DNA of 64,000 bases from Eubacteriales bacterium (GTDB lineage Bacteria > Bacillota > Clostridia > Oscillospirales > JAAYOS01), in assembly GCA_050950785.1 (NCBI GenBank), contig JBMNIG010000021.1, positions 88,029-152,028 of the forward strand, given 5' to 3'. The notes beneath the pieces were generated by a model that had not been told where the DNA came from, searched no databases, and saw only the letters and a list, made by a program, of their open reading frames with translations. The translations under genes and the position numbers were made by a program. Positions 10,752-19,630 of this stretch are shown here, piece by piece (position 1 is the stretch's first letter; each line of letters begins with the position of its first letter).

Positions 10752-12026
10752 CTATTTAGTGCACTTTTCCAATGCTGCAGATAGATCTGCGATTATATCG
10801 TCGGGATCTTCCAGTCCAACAGAAAGTCTAATAGTACCTGGTTTCAGCCCGATACTTGCAAGTTGATCGTCAGACAACTGAGAATGAGTAGTAACAGAGG
10901 GGCAGTTCAAGATAGTACGTGAATCCCCAAGGTTTGCTACAATGGATATAAGCTCAAGGCTGTCGCAGAACTTGGCAGCAACCTCTCTTGACCCCTTTAT
11001 ATCAAAGCAATACACAGGACTCTGGCCATTTGGGAAGTACTTCTTAGCCACTTCATGATATGGAGAACTGGGCAATGCAGGATAGCTCACAGATTCTACC
11101 AAAGGGTGAGACTCTAAAAATCTGGCAACTGCTAGTCCGTTTTCGCAGTGGCGCTTCATGCGAAGTCCTAGTGTCTCAATACCCAAAAGGGTTACCCAAG
11201 CGTTAAATGGCGAAATAGAGGCTCCTATATCACGGAGGATATGTGTCCGAAGCTTGGTAATATACGCAGCATCGCCGCAGGCATCGGCGTAAACGATTCC
11301 ATGGTAGCTTAGATCCGGTTGATTGAAATCCGGGAAGCGTGGATTGTCCTTCCACCTAAATTTACCGCTATCCACTATAATTCCTCCAAGGACCGTTCCA
11401 TTGCCAGCCAAAAACTTTGTGGATGAATATACCACAATGTCAGCACCATGTTCAATTGGTCGGATCAAATATGGAGTGCCCTCGGTATTGTCAGCAATAA
11501 GAGGTATCCCATTTTCATGGGCAATGTCTGCAATCGCCTTTATATCGGGCACATCACCCAAAGGATTTCCCATTGTCTCTATAAAATAAGCACGTGTCCT
11601 GTCGTTTGTGGCACGTCTGAATGCTTCAGGATCATGCGCGTCAACAAAGTGTGTCTTTATTCCAAGCTGTCCAAGAGTCTTTGACAACAAGTTTACAGCA
11701 CCACCGTAAATCGATTGGGCTGAAACAATCTCATCTCCGTTACGGGCAATGTTTAGGATTGCCATTGTTATAGCGCTGTGGCCACTGGCTGCAGCCATTC
11801 CGCCAATACCCCCGTCAAGGGCCGCAACACGGCTCTCGAGAACATCGGTCGTAGGGTTTTGGATGCGGGTGTAAATATTGCCTCCCTCTTCCAATGCAAA
11901 AAGCCTTCGTGCATGTTCGATGCTGTCAAATGCATATGCAGATGTCATATAGATTGGAACTGCTCTTGAGTGTGTAGCCGGGTCGGGGCTGTACCCTGCA
12001 TGAATGGCTTTTGTGTCAAATTTCAT
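10752..12026 (-). CDS. metY: O-acetylhomoserine aminocarboxypropyltransferase / sulfhydrylase (PLP-dependent)
   Basis: ORF 10752..12140 trimmed to the Met at 12026 (MKFDTKAIHAGY..), which has AAAGGA about 8 nt upstream. The longer form overlaps the upstream gene. The PLP lysine context is SSTKFLAGNG. Confidence 0.85.
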   Translation of the reverse strand: MKFDTKAIHAGYSPDPATHSRAVPIYMTSAYAFDSIEHARRLFALEEGGNIYTRIQNPTTDVLESRVAALDGGIGGMAAASGHSAITMAILNIARNGDEIVSAQSIYGGAVNLLSKTLGQLGIKTHFVDAHDPEAFRRATNDRTRAYFIETMGNPLGDVPDIKAIADIAHENGIPLIADNTEGTPYLIRPIEHGADIVVYSSTKFLAGNGTVLGGIIVDSGKFRWKDNPRFPDFNQPDLSYHGIVYADACGDAAYITKLRTHILRDIGASISPFNAWVTLLGIETLGLRMKRHCENGLAVARFLESHPLVESVSYPALPSSPYHEVAKKYFPNGQSPVYCFDIKGSREVAAKFCDSLELISIVANLGDSRTILNCPSVTTHSQLSDDQLASIGLKPGTIRLSVGLEDPDDIIADLSAALEKCTK

Positions 12027-12057
12027 TTCCATCATCCTTTCGGTCTGAAATAGATTA

Positions 12058-13362
12058 TCATCCAACCCCAACCAGGCTGTAGTCAGGGTCATAAGGTTCG
12101 CCATCGTTAAGGTCATTGCCGTTGACCTGAATTTTGACATTGCGAATGTTCTCGTTGGCTTCTGTGATTGACATAACTATCGATTGAATTATCAGATCCC
12201 TGTCATATACTGTGTCGTTTGCAACAAATTCTTTTGAAAAATCGATTATACATGTATATCTATCAATGTCGATCCCCAAAAGCATGGTTCCTTTTGGAAT
12301 CATCGACATAAAACCGTAACCGTCGATACCTGCAATCATCTTCTCTACTACGAGCCGTTCTAGCTCAAAGCCGGTTATCGCTTCTATTCGCACAAGAAGT
12401 GACTCAAGATATTTCCCATCAGAGGACACTATATACAACTTCTCGGTAATGGACGGGTCATAATAAGCTCCTATAACGGTATCGTTGCGTCTCATTACCT
12501 CGTTTCCATAGATCCTCTCACCCTCAACCAGATACTGAACTCCGTTGATACCGTCTATTGCACACAGGGAATTAGTTATAGAATACAAGGTCTGTACTTC
12601 CGTCGCCCTGCTTTTATGGATCCCTTCCAAAAATTCTTTTGAAAAATTGACATAGCAGATATTATTGACAGTTTCAATTTTAAGAAGTTTTGTATCGGGA
12701 TGGATTATTCTTTTATAACCTTCTGCGCTACTGTCCTCATCTGGGCCTTTGATCAGCTCTTCAACTACATATCTGGCAATCGATTCATTTTCTCGTATAA
12801 TGATGTTCTTGTTTTCTTCAACTACATATTCGGAGTTCCCGTCACTATAGTACAGCAAAGCCTGAAGCTCAACGGGTTTTAGTGACAAGTCTCCGGCAAC
12901 TATGCTGTCGGCTGACAGCTTATCAACTGAAAGAGCCGGATGTGGTTTGCCGTCAACTGTGAGGCTTACCGCAGATACCCCGTCTATCCCACAGAGAGTA
13001 AGAACTGTGCATACATTTGCTGCTGCCAGATTAGCTCCAAACATCTCCCCATATTCTTCGGACAGATGAACCGTAACAACCTCATCAATATAATCGATCC
13101 CAATAAGCTCCACATCTTCAGGGAATGGACTTTGCAAACCATCGTCCTCCGGCTTGGATAACAGCATCTTTACGGCCGTCTCCACCTTGTCACTGTACTG
13201 ATTGACAGGATATTTTACTGCTGCAACTGCGCCATCAGAGATCGGGGCATATATGTCGCGAAGGTAATACACCTCAATAACTTCACCCTCATATACTCTC
13301 CTGTTACAACCAATGAGTAAAATGAGCAACAATACAAGTATTGAGGCCATTCGCCTTTTCAA
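12058..13362 (-). CDS. GerM-like (GerMN domain) lipoprotein
   Basis: 434-aa ORF with a lipoprotein signal peptide LLLILLIGC. It has repeated GerMN-like modules and sits downstream of a two-component pair, as is common in Clostridia. Confidence 0.65.
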   Translation of the reverse strand: MKRRMASILVLLLILLIGCNRRVYEGEVIEVYYLRDIYAPISDGAVAAVKYPVNQYSDKVETAVKMLLSKPEDDGLQSPFPEDVELIGIDYIDEVVTVHLSEEYGEMFGANLAAANVCTVLTLCGIDGVSAVSLTVDGKPHPALSVDKLSADSIVAGDLSLKPVELQALLYYSDGNSEYVVEENKNIIIRENESIARYVVEELIKGPDEDSSAEGYKRIIHPDTKLLKIETVNNICYVNFSKEFLEGIHKSRATEVQTLYSITNSLCAIDGINGVQYLVEGERIYGNEVMRRNDTVIGAYYDPSITEKLYIVSSDGKYLESLLVRIEAITGFELERLVVEKMIAGIDGYGFMSMIPKGTMLLGIDIDRYTCIIDFSKEFVANDTVYDRDLIIQSIVMSITEANENIRNVKIQVNGNDLNDGEPYDPDYSLVGVG

Positions 13363-13367
13363 GACAA

Positions 13368-14777
13368 TCAGTCCCCCTTCCCGGGAAAAACGTTTTTCGA
13401 ACTTGGGAATGTGATATTTATGCGTGTACCTTCGCCCAGAACACTTTCGGTTTCTATTGTACCGTTAAGGCGCATGACCGCATTCTGCACTATGGCAAGT
13501 CCAAGTCCGCTACCGCCTGCTTCCCTTGATCTGGCTTTGTCGACCCGATAAAATCTCTCATAGATCCTATCAAGATCCTCCTTTGAAATTCCAACGCCGG
13601 TATCGCTGATAATAAGATGGACCATGTCTTCCTTTTGAAACAGGAAGACCCGGACCTGTCCGTCCTTAACGTTATATTTTACCGCATTCTCCATAAGGTT
13701 GAACACGATCTGATAAATGTCGTCCTCGTTTGCATCGACAAAACATCCTTCACTCAGTTCCGGAATTATGCTGATATTCTCCGGTTCTGCCAAACGATTA
13801 AGCATATGAGTAGCATTTATAACAACCTTTTTAATGTCTACGGTCATCACTTCAGCCTGTATGTTGGAGTCAAGACGGGTAATGCTCAGTAGCTTTTCGG
13901 TCAGGCGTGAAAGTCGGTTTATCTCATCGCCTATATCCTCCACAAACTCTCTAACCATCTCGGGAGGCATATCTCTTGTCTGCGTTATTGAATCCGCAAG
14001 TACCTTGATTGAGGCAAGTGGGGTCTTTAACTCATGGGAGGCGTCTGAAACAAATTGGCGTCTCATATTTTCAACGCGCTCAAATCGTTCGGAAAGGGCG
14101 TTGAATTCCTTGGCGATTTCGGCAAGTTCGTCTCTGCCCTTGATCTTTGCCCTGTGCCCATATTCGCCCTCCCGGACCCTTCGTATCGCAGCAAGCAGCG
14201 TGCTGATCCGCCTTGTCAAAAATTTAGACATCAATAGACTCAGCGCCACGACAACAAGGCTGATAAAAAAAGCAATCGTCGAGAGGTTTGTCTGGATGTC
14301 GGAAAGAAGAGCTGCCAATTCCGTATCCGATTCATATAAATATACCACTCCGTTTACACGGCCACCGATAGTAATTGGAGAGGCTGCTTTACTTATGATC
14401 CTGTCTTTATCGTAAGTGGCGAAAAAAACATCGTTTCCCTCCATTGCAAGCCGGATCTCCTGGAGTAAAATCATCTTTCCACAAACGTTATCGGTGATTG
14501 TGTTATCATAAACAGCCATAAGGTTGTCGTCGGTGATTATGACCCGGTAACTGCCTCTGTCATCAAGTATGTTCATCATCTTCTCAACTGAATCCTGATG
14601 GATCGAGTCAAGGGTGGACAGCAAGCGGGAATACTGTGTAGCCTTGTCTTGCATAGTATCCTGCTTTGACCGGAATATAAAGTTTTGGCTGACCAGAATT
14701 GGATATATATTAAGCAAAATGAGCATACAAACGATGATGGCTATATAGGAAAGCGCCACCTTCAGTTGTATGCCCAT
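13368..14777 (-). CDS. Sensor histidine kinase (TM sensor, HAMP, HisKA, HATPase_c)
   Basis: 469-aa ORF with H-box FVSDASHELKTPL and G-boxes DTGVGI / GGSGLGLAIV. Two TM segments flank an extracytoplasmic domain. Confidence 0.85.
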   Translation of the reverse strand: MGIQLKVALSYIAIIVCMLILLNIYPILVSQNFIFRSKQDTMQDKATQYSRLLSTLDSIHQDSVEKMMNILDDRGSYRVIITDDNLMAVYDNTITDNVCGKMILLQEIRLAMEGNDVFFATYDKDRIISKAASPITIGGRVNGVVYLYESDTELAALLSDIQTNLSTIAFFISLVVVALSLLMSKFLTRRISTLLAAIRRVREGEYGHRAKIKGRDELAEIAKEFNALSERFERVENMRRQFVSDASHELKTPLASIKVLADSITQTRDMPPEMVREFVEDIGDEINRLSRLTEKLLSITRLDSNIQAEVMTVDIKKVVINATHMLNRLAEPENISIIPELSEGCFVDANEDDIYQIVFNLMENAVKYNVKDGQVRVFLFQKEDMVHLIISDTGVGISKEDLDRIYERFYRVDKARSREAGGSGLGLAIVQNAVMRLNGTIETESVLGEGTRINITFPSSKNVFPGKGD

Positions 14778-14796
14778 ATTTATGGAATATCTTGAA

Positions 14797-15480
14797 TTAC
14801 GCCCTGAAATAGTAGCCTACCCCCCATTTGGTCAGGATAAACTCAGGCTGCGCAGGGTTCTTCTCAAGCTTTTCGCGAAGCCTCCGAATATGCACATCAA
14901 CAGTACGTATATCCCCGGGATACTCATATCCCCAGACAATGTTCAAGAGATTTTCCCGACTGTAAACGCGTCCGGGATTGTTCATAAGCAGCTCAATGAG
15001 GTCATATTCCTTTGCAGTCAGATCTATCACACGCCCATCGATATAAGCATTGCGGCTATAGGTGTCGATTTCGATATGCCCGCGTACTATTCGTGGTTCG
15101 TCCTCCACCCTTTTGGTCTCGTTTGTAGCGCGGCGAAGGATCGCACGAATTCGAACCTTGAGTTCCATTATATTGAACGGCTTTGTAAGATAATCGTCGG
15201 CACCGTATTCAAATCCGATTATCTTGTCGGTATCCTCACTTTTGGCAGTCAGCATGATGATCGGCACATTCGAAAACTCACGAATACGCCTGCACGCCTC
15301 AAAACCATCCATCTTTGGCATCATCAGATCCAGGATTATAAGATCGATTCCGCCCCTTCGTGCTATTTCAACCCCTTGCTCCCCGTCATAGGCACACTCC
15401 ACTTCGTACCCGTCATTTTCTAAATTGAACTTTATTCCCTTAACAAGGGTCCTCTCGTCGTCAACTACTAAAATCTTCAT
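14797..15480 (-). CDS. OmpR/PhoB-family response regulator
   Basis: 227-aa ORF. The receiver domain reads MKILVVDDE..DLIILDLMMPKMDG. The C-terminal winged helix reads LTAKEYDLIELL..VWGY..RTVDVHIRRLREKL. Confidence 0.9.
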   Translation of the reverse strand: MKILVVDDERTLVKGIKFNLENDGYEVECAYDGEQGVEIARRGGIDLIILDLMMPKMDGFEACRRIREFSNVPIIMLTAKSEDTDKIIGFEYGADDYLTKPFNIMELKVRIRAILRRATNETKRVEDEPRIVRGHIEIDTYSRNAYIDGRVIDLTAKEYDLIELLMNNPGRVYSRENLLNIVWGYEYPGDIRTVDVHIRRLREKLEKNPAQPEFILTKWGVGYYFRA

Positions 15481-15507
15481 ATGACCCTCCCTCTTAAATG
15501 GACTTGA

Positions 15508-16032
15508 TTATTTTCTGGTAGTATCATATATATCTACATATATATACGGTTTTATCTTGTCATAGATGGATTCTCCAATACCGGAAACCTGCATGATGTC
15601 TGCGACGCTTCTAAAGGGTCCGTTTTCATCCCTATATTTGATAATGCTTTTTGCTCTAGTCTCACCTATTGAAGGCAAAAGGGTCAGTTGATCTACATCG
15701 CATGTATTTATATTTACAGAAATGTCCGTAAGTTCTGAATCGGTGGGTCTTGCTGAGTCAGCCTTTTTTATTATATCGGCAAATCCAACATCATTTGGAC
15801 CCTCAAGATCCTTTACATCTGAAATCGCATGTGAGCTGATAGTTTTGGGATCCTCTTCCTTTGAGCCATCATCCTTTAGACCTGCTTTGACTTTATGGCT
15901 GATATTGTCATACTCGGTCAATATCCTATATGTTCCCCCTGCTGTCCTTCTTCCAAGCAGAAATCCTGATGAAAACAATAAACAACAAACAGCTAAGAAC
16001 AGCATTGTGGAAATTATTCGTCGGTATCTCAT
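15508..16032 (-). CDS. comEA: ComEA-like helix-hairpin-helix DNA-binding protein
   Basis: 174-aa ORF with an N-terminal TM anchor. The C-terminal HhH motif is VNINTCDVDQLTLLPSIGETRAKSIIKYRDENGPFRSVADIMQVSGIGESIYDKI. Confidence 0.75.
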   Translation of the reverse strand: MRYRRIISTMLFLAVCCLLFSSGFLLGRRTAGGTYRILTEYDNISHKVKAGLKDDGSKEEDPKTISSHAISDVKDLEGPNDVGFADIIKKADSARPTDSELTDISVNINTCDVDQLTLLPSIGETRAKSIIKYRDENGPFRSVADIMQVSGIGESIYDKIKPYIYVDIYDTTRK

Positions 16033-16278
16033 ACTTCACCCCGTCCAAAATCGTTAATTTTTCGTCAACTTTCGTTTTCCCGGTTGCCCATTCGACACCG
16101 GTTTGTTATAATTGAATATGGACAGGATAATTTATTGATAATTATAACAGAAGTTGTATTCCCCGTCCATACATTATACATGTTATCACTAATAAAACTA
16201 ACACTACATAGCTCTGTTGGCAGAGCAGATATGATATAATATATTACTAAAGATGAAATGACTATCAGGGAGCAAACA

Positions 16279-17637
16279 ATGAAAAAAGTTACATACTCTA
16301 CAACCTCAACCCGTTCGATATATCGCTTATTTTGCTGCTTAATAGCCATACCTCTACTCTTATCTTTATGGCACCCGGGAGCAAAAGCCATTGATGTCAT
16401 AGAGGTCAACTCTGCCCGTGCTCTTTTGGTCGAGCCTGCGAGCGGAGAGGTGCTCTATGAGAAAAACGCTGATGAACACGCAAATCCGGCATCTTTGACA
16501 AAAATAATGACTGCTCTGCTCATACTTGAATATGGCAAGTTTGACGAGGTGGTCACCGTCTCTGCTTCCGCACTGGACGGACTCCATCCCGCCGGCTCTT
16601 CCTCCAATCTGAAAGTTGGAGAGGAAATCAGTCTTGAGAACCTGCTTTATTGCATCCTCATCGCATCGGGAAACGACGCGTGTAATGCTGCGGCAGAGCA
16701 TATAGCCGGAAGCATCCCAGCTTTTGTTGCCCTTATGAACAACCGCGCAAAAGAACTAAATTGTAAGGACACGCACTTTGCCAATGCACACGGTCTAACA
16801 CAAGACGACCACTATACGACGGCCCGTGATCTTTATAAAATAGTTCTTGAGGCCCTAAAGCATCCCCGTTTCCTTGAGATATGCAATACCGCAAGCATCA
16901 CGATTCCCGCTACAAACAAATCCGAAGAACGCTACTTTTACACTACGAACCATCTGATATCTCCCCTGAAGTTGCCGGACTACCTCTATCCATACGCAAA
17001 GGGCATAAAGACTGGATACACCTCAGCTGCAGGCAACTGCCTGATTTCCTGCGCAGAAAAGGATGACCTGTTTCTTGTATCGATAGTGATGGGCGCTGAG
17101 AAGGAAGAAGAAACCGGCAGGATCATGAGCTTTGTGGACACTAAGAATTTGTTTGAATGGGCGTTCTCTAACTTCTCATATCAAACCGTTATATCCTCAA
17201 GAGAGCCAATAACTGAAGTCAAAGTGCGACTGGCGCAAGATAGCGACTATGTAGTGCTCAACACTTCCAACTCAGTCGAAGCTTTGCTGCCAAACGACTT
17301 TGATCCGGCCGATGTTGTAAGGGAGATCGTTGTCTATGATGAAAATCAGATAACGGCTCCAATCACAAAAGGTCAGAAATTAGGCGAGATTTCTTTGACC
17401 TACAAGGGCAGAAGCTACGGCACATTGAATTTAGTGGCTTTGAACTCGGTTCAGCGGGACCAGGTCTTATATTACATGGATCAATTCCACACCTTCATGT
17501 CACAGACCTGGGTGCGGGCGGCGATAATTGGACTTGCAGCTCTTCTCGTTTTGTACATAATAATTGCTATTATTTATAACAGGCGCAGAAGAAGGATGAA
17601 TAGAAGATACTACAGGGGAAGCCGCAGACGTAGATAA
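16279..17637 (+). CDS. D-alanyl-D-alanine carboxypeptidase (peptidase S11, low-MW PBP)
   Basis: ORF 16258..17637 trimmed to the ATG at 16279 (GGGAG upstream). It has the SxxK motif ASLTKIMT, an SGN motif and a KTG motif (GIKTGYT), plus a C-terminal TM and Arg-rich tail. Confidence 0.85.
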   Translation: MKKVTYSTTSTRSIYRLFCCLIAIPLLLSLWHPGAKAIDVIEVNSARALLVEPASGEVLYEKNADEHANPASLTKIMTALLILEYGKFDEVVTVSASALDGLHPAGSSSNLKVGEEISLENLLYCILIASGNDACNAAAEHIAGSIPAFVALMNNRAKELNCKDTHFANAHGLTQDDHYTTARDLYKIVLEALKHPRFLEICNTASITIPATNKSEERYFYTTNHLISPLKLPDYLYPYAKGIKTGYTSAAGNCLISCAEKDDLFLVSIVMGAEKEEETGRIMSFVDTKNLFEWAFSNFSYQTVISSREPITEVKVRLAQDSDYVVLNTSNSVEALLPNDFDPADVVREIVVYDENQITAPITKGQKLGEISLTYKGRSYGTLNLVALNSVQRDQVLYYMDQFHTFMSQTWVRAAIIGLAALLVLYIIIAIIYNRRRRRMNRRYYRGSRRRR

Positions 17638-17673
17638 GATCCTCTAAAATATCGTAGCTGAGATAAAATTATA

Positions 17674-17699
17674 GCGGTTCGGATATAAATCCGAACCGC
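17674..17699. terminator. Bidirectional intrinsic terminator
   Basis: 11-bp perfect stem GCGGTTCGGAT / ATCCGAACCGC with a 4-nt loop. It is followed by a T-rich tract and lies between convergent genes. Confidence 0.65.
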
Positions 17700-17704
17700 C
17701 TAGT

Positions 17705-18334
17705 TTATTTTGTTCCGAATATCCGGTCTCCTGCATCTCCAAGCCCGGGAACGATGTATCCAAGTTCGTTCAGCTTCTCATCCATCGCCGCACAGTATAT
17801 GTGTACATCCGGGTGCTCATCATGAATATTTTTCACACCCTCGGGGGCAGCTATAATCGACATAAGCTTGATACTCCGATCAGTATAACCCTTAATGAAC
17901 TTGATTGCCGCAACAGCAGAGCCTCCGGTGGCGAGCATGGGATCAACGATTATCACCTCACGCTCCTTTATATCCGATGGCATTTTGCAATAGTACTCTA
18001 CCGGCTGCAAGGTTTCCGGATCCCTATAAAGACCAATATGCCCTACCTTTACAGAGGGTACAAGCTGGTAGATACCATCAACCATTCCAAGACCTGCACG
18101 AAGAATGGGAACTATCGCCAACTTCTTACCCGAGATCTGTTTGCAAATTGTTTTGGTAAGTGGCGTCTCGACCTCCACATCCTTAAGTGGAAGATCGCGT
18201 GTTGCTTCGTAGCACATAAGTGTTGCAATTTCTCCGACCAACTCACGAAACTGCTTTACTCCTGTGTGCTTGTCGCGCAAAATCGACAGCTTATGCTGAA
18301 TTAGAGGATGATCGAGTATTGTTAGATTTTCCAT
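17705..18334 (-). CDS. upp: Uracil phosphoribosyltransferase
   Basis: 209-aa [59 protein letters not shown] are diagnostic Upp motifs. Confidence 0.95.
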   Translation of the reverse strand: MENLTILDHPLIQHKLSILRDKHTGVKQFRELVGEIATLMCYEATRDLPLKDVEVETPLTKTICKQISGKKLAIVPILRAGLGMVDGIYQLVPSVKVGHIGLYRDPETLQPVEYYCKMPSDIKEREVIIVDPMLATGGSAVAAIKFIKGYTDRSIKLMSIIAAPEGVKNIHDEHPDVHIYCAAMDEKLNELGYIVPGLGDAGDRIFGTK

Positions 18335-18395
18335 GTTAATGTTCCCTTCCTATATAGATTCCCAAGATTGAATATCTACAATAAACGGAGTTGGC

Positions 18396-19121
18396 TTACG
18401 GTGTTGAATTACTCTCCCGTTCTCGTTTCTCCCTCTCAAGCCTTTCTCTCTCGGCCTGAGGCAAACGAATATAGACGGGGTTTAGCGAAGAAAGATCTGT
18501 CCTTGACTGACCCGTGTAAGCCTCTCTTGCGGCTATAGCTACACCGAATGCCGACTGATTAATCAAATGAGGGGGCGCCAGAGTAATATCTGAACAGTCC
18601 TGTTTTAGACGCTCATATGCCGAGTGTGCACCGTCGCCAACCAAGACTATCTTGGTATCCGATTGGGCTAAAATATCAGCAAGCTCCTCAAGTGCGATGG
18701 TACGATCCTCACACAACCTTTTTAGTTCAACACCGTCGCTGTCAAATAACGCGTTATAATACTCCCCTCTACGCGCATCCATAACGCAACATATGACGGC
18801 TTGGGTATGTGATAAACCTCTTGCCATTGCTTCTAGCGTCGATACTCCTATACCGGGTTTTTGCGCCGCCCAGGCTATGCCCTTTGCTGCTGCGACTCCT
18901 ATCCTAAGACCTGTAAAGGAGCCGGGACCGCTGGCTGCAGCTATCAGATCGATATCATTGAGCGAAAGGTCGGCGTTGCGCAAAGCATCTCGAACCATTG
19001 GCATAAGAGTTCTTGAGTGGGTTAGACCAGTGTTCTGATATGCAAAAGATTCTAAAAAATCACCGTTGACAACTGCAACAGAAGACGCCTTTGCTGATGA
19101 TTCAATCGCTAGAATGCGCAT
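18396..19121 (-). CDS. tsaB: tRNA t6A37 biosynthesis protein TsaB (YeaZ)
   Basis: 241-aa ORF. MRILAIESS..GPGSFTGLRIGVAAAKG is the TsaB signature. It lies immediately downstream of tsaE. Confidence 0.85.
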   Translation of the reverse strand: MRILAIESSAKASSVAVVNGDFLESFAYQNTGLTHSRTLMPMVRDALRNADLSLNDIDLIAAASGPGSFTGLRIGVAAAKGIAWAAQKPGIGVSTLEAMARGLSHTQAVICCVMDARRGEYYNALFDSDGVELKRLCEDRTIALEELADILAQSDTKIVLVGDGAHSAYERLKQDCSDITLAPPHLINQSAFGVAIAAREAYTGQSRTDLSSLNPVYIRLPQAERERLEREKRERESNSTP

Positions 19122-19563
19122 TGCCCAAATTCTCCTCTATTCTGATAAGTCGCTCATCTCCAAGAGCTTTAAGTGTCACATGTATTGCATTTTCGGGAAG
19201 TGCATCAATGATGCGTTCACTCCACTCCACAACGCAGATGCCTCCACGCACAAGATAATCTTCCCATCCCAGCTCATAGAACTCCTCATCACCCCGGAGG
19301 CGATACATATCGAAATGAAAAACAGGTATGGGACCGTTATATTCATTTACGATTGAATATGTCGGGCTGGTCACACGTCCGTTAAAACCAGTCGCTCTTA
19401 CAAGACCACGAACAAAAGCTGTCTTTCCCGCTCCCATGTCACCAAATAGCGCGACCACCGAGCCCGGTTTCAACAGCTTACCCAATTTTTCTCCGACCTG
19501 CTCGGTCTCAACCTCACTATGAGTGTTTACTTCAATTACTATCATTGCCAAAACCGCTTTCAT
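19102..19563 (-). CDS. tsaE: tRNA t6A37 biosynthesis ATPase TsaE (YjeE)
   Basis: ORF 19102..19605 trimmed, because its first 14 codons overlap a near-consensus promoter. The Walker A context is LFGDMGAGKTAFVRG, followed by VTSPTYSIVNEY. The start is the ATG at 19563 or at 19545. Confidence 0.85.
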   Translation of the reverse strand: MKAVLAMIVIEVNTHSEVETEQVGEKLGKLLKPGSVVALFGDMGAGKTAFVRGLVRATGFNGRVTSPTYSIVNEYNGPIPVFHFDMYRLRGDEEFYELGWEDYLVRGGICVVEWSERIIDALPENAIHVTLKALGDERLIRIEENLGNAHSSD

Positions 19564-19576
19564 TTTGTTCCAAAGG

Positions 19577-19605
19577 ATTATATCATATCTTGGAAAACCG
19601 GTCAA
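19577..19605 (-). promoter_or_regulatory. Sigma-A type promoter of tsaE-tsaB
   Basis: On the minus strand: TTGACC (19600-19605), a 17-nt spacer, then TATAAT (19577-19582). The first in-frame ATG begins only 14 nt downstream of the -10 hexamer. Confidence 0.5.
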
Positions 19606-19615
19606 AAGTTTTTGA

Positions 19616-19630
19616 CGAAAAATTTAGAAA
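19616..19630. repeat. Target-site duplication, left copy (CGAAAAATTTAGAAA)
   Basis: Identical 15-mer occurs at 20949-20963. It directly abuts the IS terminal inverted repeat. Confidence 0.7.

Noticed and set aside
12027-12140. N-terminal 38-codon extension of the metY ORF
   Set aside because: It overlaps the 3' end of the GerM-like gene and has no homology-like sequence. A proper start (MKFDTKAIHAGY) with an SD lies at 12026.
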